Positions 22,517 to 33,686 of a DNA stretch of 64,000 bases are shown piece by piece (the first letter of the stretch is position 1; each line of letters starts with the position of its first letter). Origin of the DNA: Gammaproteobacteria bacterium (GTDB lineage Bacteria; Pseudomonadota; Gammaproteobacteria; G965277405); NCBI GenBank assembly GCA_965277405.1, contig OZ255726.1, positions 1,728,001 through 1,792,000 of the forward strand, in the 5' to 3' direction. Position numbers and translations under genes: made by a program. The notes under the pieces were generated by a model, which worked only from the letters and a program-made list of their open reading frames with translations, made no database searches and had not been told where the DNA came from.

Positions 22517-22676
22517 CGCCCCTCCTATAGTCGGCTGGTTAATTGCTGTTGGTAAATTATGGGCTTGTAAGTAACTTGTAAGTAAAGTAAATAGCTGCAA
22601 ATGTAAACCCAAGCGCAAGCCAGCTCAATATAAATACGGATGATTATGCTATAGCAGCGCGCAATAATCCCAGCAA

Positions 22677-22695
22677 GGACTTAATCAGAGCTTCC
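22677..22695. mobile_element. Solo terminal inverted repeat of the IS5/MITE family
   Basis: GGACTTAATCAGAGCTTCC followed by TTAG; no MITE body. Confidence 0.8.
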
Positions 22696-23388
22696 TTAGC
22701 GTCGCCAGATGTTACTGGCGCGCCAAAGTCCGTATACTAGTGTGATGGAGTTTGCCCAGTATGCGAATCGTAAGGCTAGGTTGTCACTGGCGCTGTGCCA
22801 TGTTGTGTCGATGGTGGAGGTTGTTAGCAATATTCCAGTGATGGTTAACCACAGTAGCAGCGGTGTGCTGAGTAGGCTTAATACGGCATGGCGGGAGCGG
22901 GGGTAATGACTGCTAAATTGCAGGTAGTTGCTAAGCCCTAGCAGTATTTGCAGCAGTATCAGCCAAGTAAGACCTAGCGCGATCCAGCTGGTGGAAAAAA
23001 ATAGCCCAATATGCAATTGCTTGGCGATGTCATCGACAAGCACAACCTGATGTTGCACGGTGATAATTGCTCCAGTGTAGGGGTTTTGAGTGATCAGCCA
23101 ATCGCTATCTGCACCACGATACATGACTGCGTCTTGCGGAGCTTGCGGCCAAATAGTTGCATACACACCTTTAAACTGTTGTTGCTCGATGGTTTTTTCT
23201 CCGTAACTGGTGAGCGTGGTTTTGTCTAGTTGTTGCTGCTGTGGGCGCACGGTCAGCCAGTCGTGGTGAACGAGTCTGTCGATGTGAGCTGCAACAGTGA
23301 TGAATAAACCCGTACACAACAACCACAGTAGTGGTGCAATCACGCAAATAGCAAGGAGGTAGTGAATACGGTAGATAAGTCGTTGCAT
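22696..23388 (-). CDS. PepSY-associated TM-helix protein (short, divergent)
   Basis: RIHYLLAI..P...L..TG N-terminus, NPYTG, LH.GL, later H-bearing TM segments. Confidence 0.7.
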   Translation of the reverse strand: MQRLIYRIHYLLAICVIAPLLWLLCTGLFITVAAHIDRLVHHDWLTVRPQQQQLDKTTLTSYGEKTIEQQQFKGVYATIWPQAPQDAVMYRGADSDWLITQNPYTGAIITVQHQVVLVDDIAKQLHIGLFFSTSWIALGLTWLILLQILLGLSNYLQFSSHYPRSRHAVLSLLSTPLLLWLTITGILLTTSTIDTTWHSASDNLALRFAYWANSITLVYGLWRASNIWRR

Positions 23389-23488
23389 GCTGACAGAATA
23401 GATAATTTTTTGAACTGCAATCCAGTAAATGGCTGCTGCTGTGTACAATGCAATCTACAATATTCAACGATAATTGCAGACTTACAAT

Positions 23489-25174
23489 ATGATAAACCCA
23501 ACCCGATACTTATACCTGCCCCAAGCTGGGACAACACTATTGGCGCAGCCATTGTTGAACAAAGGTAGCGCGTTTAGTGTGCAAGAGCGGATTGATTTTA
23601 ATTTGCATGGGTTAATACCACACACTGTCGAGACGATTGCCGACCAAGTTGATCGAGCGCATCAGCAGTTTGCTGATTTTAAAAAGCCACTCGATAAACA
23701 TATTTATTTGCGGGCGATTCAAGATAAAAACGAAACATTGTATTTTGCGTTATTGCGCAAATATTTAAAAGAAATGTTGCCAATAGTGTATACCCCGACA
23801 GTTGGCGCAGCCTGCAAGGCGTTTTCTAATATTTACCGCAGCAACCGTGGCTTGTTTTTGGACTATCCAAACCGCGATCATATGGAGCGGATGTTGCGCA
23901 ATGTCACCAAAAACAATATTCAAGTGATTGTAGTTACAGATGGCGAGCGGATTTTGGGGCTTGGTGATTTGGGGATTGGTGGCATGGGTATTTCGATTGG
24001 TAAATTATCGTTATATTCTCTTTGCGGTGGCATCAGTCCGGCGCATACGTTGCCGATAGTGCTGGATGTGGGGACTAATAATAAGGAATTATTGAATGAC
24101 AGCCGTTATATGGGCTGGCGCCACCTGCGCATTGAAGAGGCTAAATACCATGAGTTTATTGATTTGTTTATGAAAACCGTGCGCCAGGTGTGGCCGAAAT
24201 GTTTGATTCAATTTGAAGACTTTGCTTCCAAGCATGCGCAGCCGTTGCTGGAAAGGTATCGCAACCAAGCGCTCAGTTTTAATGATGATATTCAAGGGAC
24301 AGCATCCGTAACAGCAGGGGCATTGTTGACAGCGTGTGCGCGCACTACTATGGAATTGCAACAACATCGGTTTGTATTTGCAGGTGCAGGGAGTGCTGGT
24401 TGTGGGATTGCTGCGCAGTTGATATCGCACCTACAAGATGCTGGGTTAACGGCTGAACAAGCATTACAACGGGTATTTGTTGTCAATAGACGCGGGTTGC
24501 TCGATGAAACAATGGATTTATATGCATATCAACAGCGGTTTATCCATCCGCAAGCATGGCATAGCGATTGGGAACGCGCTAGCGCGCACTTTTCATTGAA
24601 AGAGGTTGTTTTACAGGCAAAGGCTACGGTGTTGATTGGCGTCTCTGGACAGTCTGGTGTGTTTGATGAATTATTGGTGAAAATGATGGCAAAACATGTG
24701 GAAAAACCAATTATTTTTCCACTCAGTAATCCAACAAGCCAAGCAGAAGCGCTGCCATCAGATTTATTACAGTGGACAAATGGAACAGCATTGATTGCAA
24801 CTGGCAGCCCTTTTGATCCTGTTGAATACGCTGGCAAAACATATGAAATTGCCCAATGTAATAATGTGTATATATTCCCAAGCATTGGTCTGGGAGCGTT
24901 GGCTTGTGGCGCAAATAAAATTACCGATGGCATGTTCAAAGTGGCGAGCGTCGCCTTGGCGCAGGCTGCACCAGTCACCAAAGATGGCAGCACACAGCTG
25001 TTACCAGACTTAGATGATATTGTGCTGGTGTGTAAAAAAATTGCGCTCGCGGTTGCCTTGCAAGCTGTTGCAGATGGCTGTGCTCCACCACAAAATGCTG
25101 AGCAACTACGCAACAATATAGCGCGGGTATTTTGGACACCGCAATACCGCAACTATCGCCGTACTGGGTATTGA
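23489..25174 (+). CDS. maeA: NAD-dependent malic enzyme
   Basis: LLNKGSAF, YTPTVG, VTDGERILGLGD, QFEDF, FNDDIQGT, PLSNPT. Confidence 0.96.
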   Translation: MINPTRYLYLPQAGTTLLAQPLLNKGSAFSVQERIDFNLHGLIPHTVETIADQVDRAHQQFADFKKPLDKHIYLRAIQDKNETLYFALLRKYLKEMLPIVYTPTVGAACKAFSNIYRSNRGLFLDYPNRDHMERMLRNVTKNNIQVIVVTDGERILGLGDLGIGGMGISIGKLSLYSLCGGISPAHTLPIVLDVGTNNKELLNDSRYMGWRHLRIEEAKYHEFIDLFMKTVRQVWPKCLIQFEDFASKHAQPLLERYRNQALSFNDDIQGTASVTAGALLTACARTTMELQQHRFVFAGAGSAGCGIAAQLISHLQDAGLTAEQALQRVFVVNRRGLLDETMDLYAYQQRFIHPQAWHSDWERASAHFSLKEVVLQAKATVLIGVSGQSGVFDELLVKMMAKHVEKPIIFPLSNPTSQAEALPSDLLQWTNGTALIATGSPFDPVEYAGKTYEIAQCNNVYIFPSIGLGALACGANKITDGMFKVASVALAQAAPVTKDGSTQLLPDLDDIVLVCKKIALAVALQAVADGCAPPQNAEQLRNNIARVFWTPQYRNYRRTGY

Positions 25175-25233
25175 CTGCAAACGCGAAAGATGGACACGCA
25201 TGGCTGTTTTGAATATTATCACGGCGGGGTTTC

Positions 25234-27174
25234 TTGATAGCTATGCCACGTAACGACAGTGTTTTTGAAAGCGAGGTTGGTTATTCAACGCTTAAGAATG
25301 CGCGCATAGCGGTGAGCGTAGACGATGACGAGCGGCGGAAAATTGACAGCAAGCTAATTACGCCGTTGCCTGGGGTATACCGCATGTATGACACTGATGA
25401 TGCGCTGTTATATGTCGGTAAAGCTAAAAACTTGCGCAAGCGGGTGATGAGTTATTTTCAACACGGTGGCTTGGGTGCAAAAACCCAGGCGTTAGTAAAA
25501 AAAATCAACACAGTTGCAATCACGGTTACCCACAGCGAAGCAGAAGCACTGCTGCTCGAGCAAAATAGTATTAAGAGCTATCAACCGCCGTATAACATCT
25601 TGTTGCGCGATGATAAATCGTATCCATATTTGTTGTTTGCTGATGGCAATGGTTTTCCGTGGTTGAGTTTTCGCCGCAACAAAAATAAAAAAATAAAGGG
25701 CAGATATTATGGTCCGTTTCCAAATAGTACAGCAGTGCGCGCGGCAATTGTGGTGTTGCAAAAAGCATGTATGCTGCGTCAATGCAACGATGTTTTTTTT
25801 CGCAATCGCTCGCGACCGTGTTTGCAATATCAAATTAAGCGCTGCTCTGCACCTTGTGTTGGTCATATCGATGCGCAGACCTATCAGCGTGATGTCGCCC
25901 AAGCGCAAATGATTTTAGCCGGTCAAAGCAGCGAATTAGTTGCATCACTGACTAAGCTAATGACGGACTTTGCCAATACAGCGCAATATGAGCAGGCTGC
26001 GGTGATGCGTGATCGAATTATGGCGATTCGCAGTGTGCAAGCAGACCAATCTGTCACCCATGAACACGGCAATATTGATGCAATCGCAACAGTGCGCCAA
26101 CAGCATTTGCTATGTTTGGCGGTGGTACATGTGCGCAACGGTCAGGTATTGGGGAGCAATACGTTTTTTCCAGACAATGCAAATGAGGCACCGCTAGGTG
26201 CATTATTAGAGCAGTTTATTTGTCAATATTATTTACTGCAAGGCAAGCGGATGGACGCGCCACGTGGGATTGTTGTCGAAAACAATTTTGACAGCGCAAC
26301 GGTGTTGGGATTATTGCAACAAACGTATCCGCATCTGGAAATATATAGCAATGTCCGTAGCCAAAATAAAAAATGGTTGATGTTGGCGCAGACTAATGCC
26401 CAGCAAGCGCTGATGACGGCGCTCAGTCATAAGCGTTCTGTGCATGCGCGTACATTGGCATTACAAGAGCTGTTACAGCTTAACGTACTGCCGCAACGGA
26501 TGGAATGTTTCGATATCAGCCACACAATGGGCGAGGCAACGGTTGCTGCGTGTGTGGTCTTTGATGCATTGGGGCCTGTCAAAGCCGAATACCGCAAATT
26601 CAACATTACCTCGACCGCCAGCGGTGATGACTATCAAGCGATGCGTGAAGCATTGCAACGTCGCTATCAACGCGTGCTCGATGAGCAGCTGCCGCTGCCA
26701 GACATTATCTTTATTGACGGCGGTATCGGACAATTATCTGCTGCTGAGCAAATTCTTGCAGCGTTGCCATTGCACGATGTCTTGCTGGTTGGTGTTGCCA
26801 AAGGACTGGGGCGCAGGCCAGGTTTGGAAACATTGATCATCAGTCATTTTTTATACAAGCAACAGCAACAGACGTTGCGGGGACAAATTGACTTAGATAA
26901 TCGTGCGCCAGCATTGCATCTGATTCAGCATATTCGTGATGAAGCGCATCGGTTTGCGCTTACCAGCCATCGGGCCAAGCGTCAGAAAACACGCAGCCAT
27001 TCGTCGTTAGAAAATATCGCAGGGATTGGTCAGGCCAAACGTCAAACACTGTTATTGCATTTTGGGGGTATCCGTGGAATACGCAAAGCATCGGCGCGCG
27101 ACATTGCTCGGGTAAAAGGCATCAATAATGCACTTGCAAAGCGAGTTTATGACCAATTACACGCAGTTGGATGA
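25234..27174 (+). CDS. uvrC: Excinuclease ABC subunit C
   Basis: PGVYRM, YVGKAKNL, LRDDKSYPY, ECFDISH, IDGG.GQ, IRDEAHRFA, HhH; start uncertain. Confidence 0.97.
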   Translation: MIAMPRNDSVFESEVGYSTLKNARIAVSVDDDERRKIDSKLITPLPGVYRMYDTDDALLYVGKAKNLRKRVMSYFQHGGLGAKTQALVKKINTVAITVTHSEAEALLLEQNSIKSYQPPYNILLRDDKSYPYLLFADGNGFPWLSFRRNKNKKIKGRYYGPFPNSTAVRAAIVVLQKACMLRQCNDVFFRNRSRPCLQYQIKRCSAPCVGHIDAQTYQRDVAQAQMILAGQSSELVASLTKLMTDFANTAQYEQAAVMRDRIMAIRSVQADQSVTHEHGNIDAIATVRQQHLLCLAVVHVRNGQVLGSNTFFPDNANEAPLGALLEQFICQYYLLQGKRMDAPRGIVVENNFDSATVLGLLQQTYPHLEIYSNVRSQNKKWLMLAQTNAQQALMTALSHKRSVHARTLALQELLQLNVLPQRMECFDISHTMGEATVAACVVFDALGPVKAEYRKFNITSTASGDDYQAMREALQRRYQRVLDEQLPLPDIIFIDGGIGQLSAAEQILAALPLHDVLLVGVAKGLGRRPGLETLIISHFLYKQQQQTLRGQIDLDNRAPALHLIQHIRDEAHRFALTSHRAKRQKTRSHSSLENIAGIGQAKRQTLLLHFGGIRGIRKASARDIARVKGINNALAKRVYDQLHAVG

Positions 27175-27460
27175 ATGCAACAACTCACATTTCAACACGA
27201 ATTGTTCAAATCTGGTTGTATTGCTCGCCGCCGGCATTACCCATTTGTTGATGATTCGTCGCGTAGCTGCTGATTTTGACTACAATAATAGCAATAATGA
27301 AAATAACGCAGCAATTGACAGCTAATATTGTTATTAAAACCAACGCTGATACAGTGCAAAACTCGTATAGTATTTTGTCGCGCAGCAGCGTTGTGACCAG
27401 CAATGCACCGCTGGTTTTGTGCGGTCGCGGCTGTGTTATTATTTTGATTGAAAGACTTTT

Positions 27461-28234
27461 ATGACTCCACCAGTAAAATTTAGAACATTCCAGCCAATTA
27501 TTGATGCGCTATATTTTTTGCAGAAAAACGGCAAGGTGTTTATTCCAATTTTGTTCATTTTGTTCGGTGTTGAATTGGTATACGAACTGTTGCTGCATGG
27601 TTCAACGCAAGAAGCGAGAGAGATATTTTTCAATGCGTATCAAACGCAGGACATGGCTGCGGTGCTGATGCAATTTCAAACAGCCGCTCCAACAATTATG
27701 TGGTATGAAGCAGGATTAGTGTTGATAGGCACATTGAATATTTTAATTTGTCTTGCGGCCTGCCACCAACTGGTATTGGGGTCACAGTTCAGTTGGTCAA
27801 GTATTCTGCTATTTGGGTTGGTAAAATTACCGATTGTTGTTGTCTTGACTGTGGTGACGTTGATTATTCAACTGCCGTTATACCTGCTATTTATTATCCC
27901 CGGGCTGTGGATGACTTCACGGTTGGTGTTAACTACAGCGATTTTGGCGCTTGAGCAAACGAGCATTCAACAAGCAATTGTGCGCAGCTTCGAGCGCACT
28001 GCTGGATATACTTGGATAATTCTCGTTAATTTTTTTGTGATGTTTCTTGGGATGGCAGTGTTTTCGGCAGTCCTCGACGGTGTTTTTTCTGCAGTTGGCG
28101 CTAGCAACGGTTATGTTGAGAATTTACTGGAAGATAAAATCCTTGGCGTTGTCATGGCGATTGTGTTTTCAGTGTGGGGATACCGCTTATATTCATTGCT
28201 GATGCCGCAGCCGATGAATGTCAGCGAAGATTGA
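27461..28234 (+). CDS. Integral membrane protein (YciC-like)
   Basis: About 6 TM segments; LFIIPG.W..SRL...LE..SI..AI.RSF..T.G pattern. Confidence 0.6.
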   Translation: MTPPVKFRTFQPIIDALYFLQKNGKVFIPILFILFGVELVYELLLHGSTQEAREIFFNAYQTQDMAAVLMQFQTAAPTIMWYEAGLVLIGTLNILICLAACHQLVLGSQFSWSSILLFGLVKLPIVVVLTVVTLIIQLPLYLLFIIPGLWMTSRLVLTTAILALEQTSIQQAIVRSFERTAGYTWIILVNFFVMFLGMAVFSAVLDGVFSAVGASNGYVENLLEDKILGVVMAIVFSVWGYRLYSLLMPQPMNVSED

Positions 28235-28778
28235 GCAAGACGTTCGCCGTGTCGCCTCGATTATTGTTGATGGCGGGGTTGTTGCCTACCCGACAGAAGC
28301 AGTGTGGGGAATTGGCTGCCGTGCCGATAATATGGCAGCAGTGCAACGAATATTGCGAATAAAACAGCGCGTCGCCACAAAAGGTTTGATTTGCATGGCG
28401 CATTCTTGGCGTCAAGTCGAGCAATACACTGCAGCGCTTTCGTCGCAGCAACAACAATTATGTGCTTCCGTCTGGCCTGGGTTTACCACGGTGGTGTTAG
28501 CTGCCGCTGCCAATGTTGTTCCTTTAGTTTGCGCGGCAGACGGTACCTTAGCGTTGCGGGTACCAAGCCATACCCCAACCCGTAATATTGTTGCAGCAAC
28601 AGGGAGCTTGTTGGTTTCTACTTCTGCAAATATTGCTGGTGCAGCTCCAGTGACAACCCTAGCAGAAATATTCAATCAATTTGGCAAGCTTGTCGATGTT
28701 ATTTACGACGCACCATTGGGGTATTACACACAACCTTCGCCGATAATTATTGGGGAAACAGGACAGCAGCTCCGATGA
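28218..28778 (+). CDS. tsaC: Threonylcarbamoyl-AMP synthase (YrdC/Sua5)
   Basis: GGVVAYPTEAVWGIGC, K.R...KGLI, ALRVP.H, STSAN. Confidence 0.93.
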   Translation: MSAKIEQDVRRVASIIVDGGVVAYPTEAVWGIGCRADNMAAVQRILRIKQRVATKGLICMAHSWRQVEQYTAALSSQQQQLCASVWPGFTTVVLAAAANVVPLVCAADGTLALRVPSHTPTRNIVAATGSLLVSTSANIAGAAPVTTLAEIFNQFGKLVDVIYDAPLGYYTQPSPIIIGETGQQLR

Positions 28779-29692
28779 GTCACATTGCTGCAATCCGCAG
28801 CTATTTATTGCTGTTGCAATATTCGCTGTGTACGATTCTAGAACAGCTTGATGGTCAGCAGGTGTTTGTTGATGACCCGTGGCAGTCACATGAGAATTAT
28901 GGAATTACCCGAGTGTTGAGTGGTGGTGATGTCTTCAGCAAAGCAGCGGTTAATTATTCGCATATGCACGGAAACTCTTTGCCGTGTAGCGCCTCACAAC
29001 GGCATGCTGATATTGCGGGTAGGCCGTTTGCAGTGCTTGGTGTATCTGTGGTAATTCATCCGCGCAATCCATTTGTGCCAACCGCGCATTTGAATGTGCG
29101 CTACTTTCAAGTTAAAACTGACAATAATCTCGTTTGGTGGTTTGGTGGTGGCTTTGATTTAACGCCGTGTTATGGGTTTACTGAAGACTGTGTGCATTGG
29201 CATACAGTGGCGCGTGATGCCTGTGGGTGTTTGGATGGAAATACCACGTATCGACAGATGAAACAGCAATGCGATGACTATTTTTGGAATGTTCATCGCA
29301 ATGAACCACGCGGTGTTGGCGGGATATTTTTTGATGATCTCAATGCTCCTGATTTTGCTAGCTGCTTTGAATTTATGCAGGCAGTTGGCAATAATTTTGA
29401 ACGTGGCTATGCGCCAATTGTACATAGACGGCAGCAGCACCCATTTACTGATGCAGACGTTGCTTTTCAGCAGATACGTCGTGGACGGTATGTAGAATTT
29501 AACTTGGTATACGATCGTGGTACGCTGTTTGGCTTACAGAGTACAGGGCGAATTGAGTCGATTTTAGTTTCTATGCCAGACCATGCTAGCTGGGAGTACC
29601 AACATCAACCAACCACAGCTGCTCAGCGTGAGTTGACCGATTATTTTTTGCAAAACCGTGATTGGCTTGCAGAGCATGTTTTGCAGCCATGA
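28775..29692 (+). CDS. hemF: Oxygen-dependent coproporphyrinogen III oxidase
   Basis: HPRNP.VPT.H.N.R, WWFGGGFDLTP, RRGRYVEFNL.YDRGT.FGL. Confidence 0.98.
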   Translation: MSHIAAIRSYLLLLQYSLCTILEQLDGQQVFVDDPWQSHENYGITRVLSGGDVFSKAAVNYSHMHGNSLPCSASQRHADIAGRPFAVLGVSVVIHPRNPFVPTAHLNVRYFQVKTDNNLVWWFGGGFDLTPCYGFTEDCVHWHTVARDACGCLDGNTTYRQMKQQCDDYFWNVHRNEPRGVGGIFFDDLNAPDFASCFEFMQAVGNNFERGYAPIVHRRQQHPFTDADVAFQQIRRGRYVEFNLVYDRGTLFGLQSTGRIESILVSMPDHASWEYQHQPTTAAQRELTDYFLQNRDWLAEHVLQP

Positions 29693-30354
29693 ATCAGCAT
29701 ATTTGGGCATTTGTATTGATGGTGATTAGCGGTTCAGCCTTTGTTGTAATGCCGCATTTAGATTTGATGGTGAGCAATTGGTGGTATGTTGCATCGACAG
29801 GGTTTATTGGAAATGACTATGCGCTGGTGCGCTGGCTTGACTCACTTAATTGGCTGTTTTGGGTTGCTGCCTTGGCAATTTTAGCTGTAACACTTTGGTA
29901 TAACAGGCGCAAGTGGCTGCTGGAAAGCGGCTATTTGCTCACATGTTTAGTGGTTGGTCCTGGTGTGGTGGTGAACGTGGTTTTAAAGGATAACTGGGGG
30001 CGAGCGCGACCTGCGAATATTGTGGAATTTGGCGGTGATCAACAGTTTAGCCCGCCATGGATGATCAGTGATCAATGCGCTACCAATTGTTCGTTTGTCT
30101 CTGGACATGCCAGTAGCGGATTTTTTTTAATGGCGCTTGCGTTTATTCCAAGTCTGCGCAAGTGGCGGGATTGTTTATTGTACATTGGTTTGACGTCAGG
30201 ATTTGTGTCTGGCTTTGGCAGAGTGTTGCAAGGTCGGCATTTTATGAGTGATATTGTATTTAGTGGCGCGGTAGTGCTGTTGGTGTCTTGGGTGATGGCG
30301 CGCGTGTTTTTTAAAGAGCCTTGGTATTACTCCAACATTGAAGGGTCGCAATGA
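29689..30354 (+). CDS. PAP2-family membrane phosphatase (lipid A phosphatase-like)
   Basis: K..WGRARP, CSFVSGHAS, R...GRHF.SD motifs. Confidence 0.88.
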   Translation: MNQHIWAFVLMVISGSAFVVMPHLDLMVSNWWYVASTGFIGNDYALVRWLDSLNWLFWVAALAILAVTLWYNRRKWLLESGYLLTCLVVGPGVVVNVVLKDNWGRARPANIVEFGGDQQFSPPWMISDQCATNCSFVSGHASSGFFLMALAFIPSLRKWRDCLLYIGLTSGFVSGFGRVLQGRHFMSDIVFSGAVVLLVSWVMARVFFKEPWYYSNIEGSQ

Positions 30355-30456
30355 AACAGAACAAGCAGCGTATTCAGCCCTTCTATATACCGTTTTAATA
30401 TGATTAACAATATGCAGCAAAACCACTGGCTCATAATACGGGTTATTAAGGCATCT

Positions 30457-32109
30457 ATGGAATCTCTGAAAAACAGTTTATTGATAATGCTAGTGATGTT
30501 GTGTATTGCAAGTTGCGCGCAGCAGCCGTTAACAACTGGCGATATCAGCGCTAATATTGATAGTGATGTCAGTAATGACAGTGATGACAGCGATGTCAGC
30601 GATGTCAGTGATGACAGTGATGTTGTTGTGAGCAGAGCAGCGGTTGACAGCAAAGCTGATATATCTACAGATACAAGCACTAGTGAGTACACTGATTTAC
30701 TGGATAGGATTCGTGACAATATGCAATGGAAAGGCAAGTATTTGCATGAAAAGCGCGTGCAGAATGTCATTCAGTACTTTACCGAAGACCAAGCCTACTT
30801 TGACCGGGTGATGAAAGGGGCAATGCGATATTTGTTTTATACTTACGAGCGCATCGAACAGGAGGGTTTCCCAGCCGAGATTGCCTTGTTGCCTGTGGTG
30901 GAAAGTGGCTTTGACCCGTATGCGTATTCGTATGCGAAAGCAGCTGGGCTGTGGCAGTTTATCCCAAGTACTGCCGAGCATTTTGGTGTGCGTGAAGGGT
31001 GGTGGTATTCGGGTCGGCGTGATATCGTCGATTCAACAACCGCAGCAATATTATATTTAGACCAGTTGCGAGCATCATTCAATGGCGATTGGTTCCACGC
31101 GCTAGCATCATATAATGGCGGACCGGGCCGAGTCAGCAAGCAGATACGCCGCCATACAAAACGCAACTGGTCTACCAGTTATTGGGATCTTGATAAATTA
31201 CCGCAACAAACGAAAAGTTATGTGCCTTTATTGCTTGGCATCTGCGAAATAATTTTGCACCCTGATAAATATGGAATTGTATTGCCGAAAATTCCAAATA
31301 AACCGTATTTTAAAGAGCTTACCTTGGACTATGCAATGAACATCGAAGCTGTGAAGCGACTTGCGGCTGTGTCGAGTGAAGAGTTTGATTTTTTAAATTC
31401 TGGATTTAATCAGAAAATGCTCTACCCATTGCAGCGACCACGTGTTTTGCTCCCAGTCGAGCGTGTTGAACATTTTACGGCTGAATATAAAAAGTATCGT
31501 GACAGCACAGATTATGTACTGTGGATGGCGTACAAACTACAAGCTACAGATACATTGAAAACAATTGCCAAGAAATTTGACACTTCGGTGGCTGCGTTAA
31601 TGCGGTTAAATCAAATGCAAGCAAACGTGTTAAAGATGCCTTTTTCCATGGTAATTCCAATTTATGTCTCGGATTTTAATAAGTACAAGCAATATCAATA
31701 CGAGCCTCCCCGGCGCATCAATGTCCAAGTCGAGCTGGTTAAAAGGTATCGGCTCAAATCAGGAGATACCCTGTGGGGAGTATCACGGCAGTTCAAGGTA
31801 AAACTGCGCGACTTAATGAGTTGGAATGGCGTGAAGGCCAATACAATTTTGTATTCTGGTAAACAAATAGTTGTCGCACAATCTAGAGCAGTTGCCAAAG
31901 AACCCATCGTGCTACGCGGTGAGCACCGCCATACAATCATCCGCAACGTCTACTATCCAGCGCGCAGGGGCGACTCGCTATGGAGCATTGGTAATAAGTT
32001 TTTTGTCAGCGTCAACGATATTATTGCGTGGAACCCAACCGTGTTAAAACGCAGACTGCAGCGTGGCGACAAATTATCTTTGCAAGTTGATATCACGCGG
32101 GTGCATTGA
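30457..32109 (+). CDS. mltD: Membrane-bound lytic murein transglycosylase D with LysM domains
   Basis: Lipobox IASC, ALLPVVES, AAGLWQF, ALASYNGG, LysM repeats GDTLW/GDSLW; acidic DSDVS linker. Confidence 0.9.
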   Translation: MESLKNSLLIMLVMLCIASCAQQPLTTGDISANIDSDVSNDSDDSDVSDVSDDSDVVVSRAAVDSKADISTDTSTSEYTDLLDRIRDNMQWKGKYLHEKRVQNVIQYFTEDQAYFDRVMKGAMRYLFYTYERIEQEGFPAEIALLPVVESGFDPYAYSYAKAAGLWQFIPSTAEHFGVREGWWYSGRRDIVDSTTAAILYLDQLRASFNGDWFHALASYNGGPGRVSKQIRRHTKRNWSTSYWDLDKLPQQTKSYVPLLLGICEIILHPDKYGIVLPKIPNKPYFKELTLDYAMNIEAVKRLAAVSSEEFDFLNSGFNQKMLYPLQRPRVLLPVERVEHFTAEYKKYRDSTDYVLWMAYKLQATDTLKTIAKKFDTSVAALMRLNQMQANVLKMPFSMVIPIYVSDFNKYKQYQYEPPRRINVQVELVKRYRLKSGDTLWGVSRQFKVKLRDLMSWNGVKANTILYSGKQIVVAQSRAVAKEPIVLRGEHRHTIIRNVYYPARRGDSLWSIGNKFFVSVNDIIAWNPTVLKRRLQRGDKLSLQVDITRVH

Positions 32110-32791
32110 CAAGACAGCAACTATTGTGATGCACCAGCTCTTGCAGCTTTCCATATATAATAGCCGTATTTTTACAAATGCTATTTTGCATTCCATATAT
32201 CAGCGCTGCATTTTGCATGTGCATATTTTGATTTTGCTATTTAGTATGCATTATTGTAAATGTAAACAGTGTAAACGGTAATGGGCTTGACTGCTTGGCT
32301 GCATGACAGTGTTCAAGTCCAATCATTAAAATTAGCATATTGATTGTAGAAATTACAGCCTAAATGCCAAAACTAACCATCAAAAAATAGTATTTGCATT
32401 GCAATTCGTCAGTGTTAGCTAAATCTGTGTAAATGTAGCATTTTATTATTATTATTAAATGTAATCAGTGTTAAGATGGCAGTGGATAAGTGCACTTAAT
32501 GTGCGCTGTATGTGTATTATAGCATACTTACAATAATCTGCTAAAGTGGCGCTGCGCTCAGCTAGGTGTATTGGTCAGGTGTATGGTTATTTCACATTGG
32601 CTGAGGGTGGTTAGCGTAGACTGGTAGTAAAAAATCAATGTGTTGCTCTTGCGCTTGAAAATGGTGTAAGACAAAAGAATGTATGCCAAATAGTCATCGT
32701 TTTGTATATACATACCATGAATGAACAGCAGAATGCTGTGTTGACTGCTTGATGATGATTAAGTGCGGGCATTGTAAAGGTTGTTTATTAC

Positions 32792-33589
32792 ATGAAAATG
32801 GGGAAAAGCAAACATCATAAAATAGTAATTGCGCTCATAGCCAGCGTTATTTCTCCATCTGTTATGTCTGAAACAAGCTTTTTTATTGGAGGTGGCTATG
32901 CGCTGCCTGTTTTCGCCTATCGCTTGAAGTCAACCAAAATCATTGGAGATGAAGGTACACCAGGCACGGGAATTTCAGCAGAAAAACCAATAATTGTCAC
33001 TACAGCAACAAAACACTCTGGGTTGAAAATCTTTGGTGGGGCTATTGTTGATGGGATACATAGAGTTGGTTTATCTTATCAACTTCTATCAGAAGAAGCA
33101 ATGCTAAGGACCGGGGAAGATGAAACGCAAGGAAAAGGAAATGTCTTTGCTGTGAACTATGACTATCTCTTTTCTTCAGGTTGGTACGCTGGTGTGAACA
33201 TGGGCATCCTGACTTTAAGGTATACAGACTTGGATAAGTATAGTCCTCCGTTTGAGAATTTCAATAATATAGTTACTGGGGCAACGGCAACATCATCCAG
33301 CACCAAGACGTCAGGGCTGGGGTTGCGGGGAGGGTATATGTTTACATTGAATGAACAATCTATAATTGCAGTTTTGTTTTCCACACATCAATTTACTGTA
33401 CCAAATATATCTGGGGCGCAGAAGTATCAAACAAAAGGTGTTTGGTTTAAATCAGAATTTTCAACATTTTCAAAATATTCAGTCAAGCCAAGCACGATGC
33501 TGCTGTTGAGTTTAGAATATACGTATACTTTCAAATATAAGCATAAGTTTCTCAACTGCACTGCAAATACGCACCATAGTTGCTATTGA
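32792..33589 (+). CDS. Hypothetical exported protein, probable outer-membrane beta-barrel
   Basis: Signal peptide; amphipathic strands (FFIGGGY, HRVGLSY, NYDYLF, WYAGVNMG, GLRGGYMF, LEYTYTF). Confidence 0.6.
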   Translation: MKMGKSKHHKIVIALIASVISPSVMSETSFFIGGGYALPVFAYRLKSTKIIGDEGTPGTGISAEKPIIVTTATKHSGLKIFGGAIVDGIHRVGLSYQLLSEEAMLRTGEDETQGKGNVFAVNYDYLFSSGWYAGVNMGILTLRYTDLDKYSPPFENFNNIVTGATATSSSTKTSGLGLRGGYMFTLNEQSIIAVLFSTHQFTVPNISGAQKYQTKGVWFKSEFSTFSKYSVKPSTMLLLSLEYTYTFKYKHKFLNCTANTHHSCY

Positions 33590-33641
33590 TATATTTCGTT
33601 GACGGCTACTGTGACTAAAATGGCAGGGCTGAGTTGTCACT

Positions 33642-33686
33642 CGTTTTTGCTCCGTCTCGCCCATCATGGACTTAATCAGAGCTTCC
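33642..33686 (+). mobile_element. Truncated MITE (right 45 bp)
   Basis: Identical to the end of the 34714-35006 copy; followed by CTAT. Confidence 0.9.
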
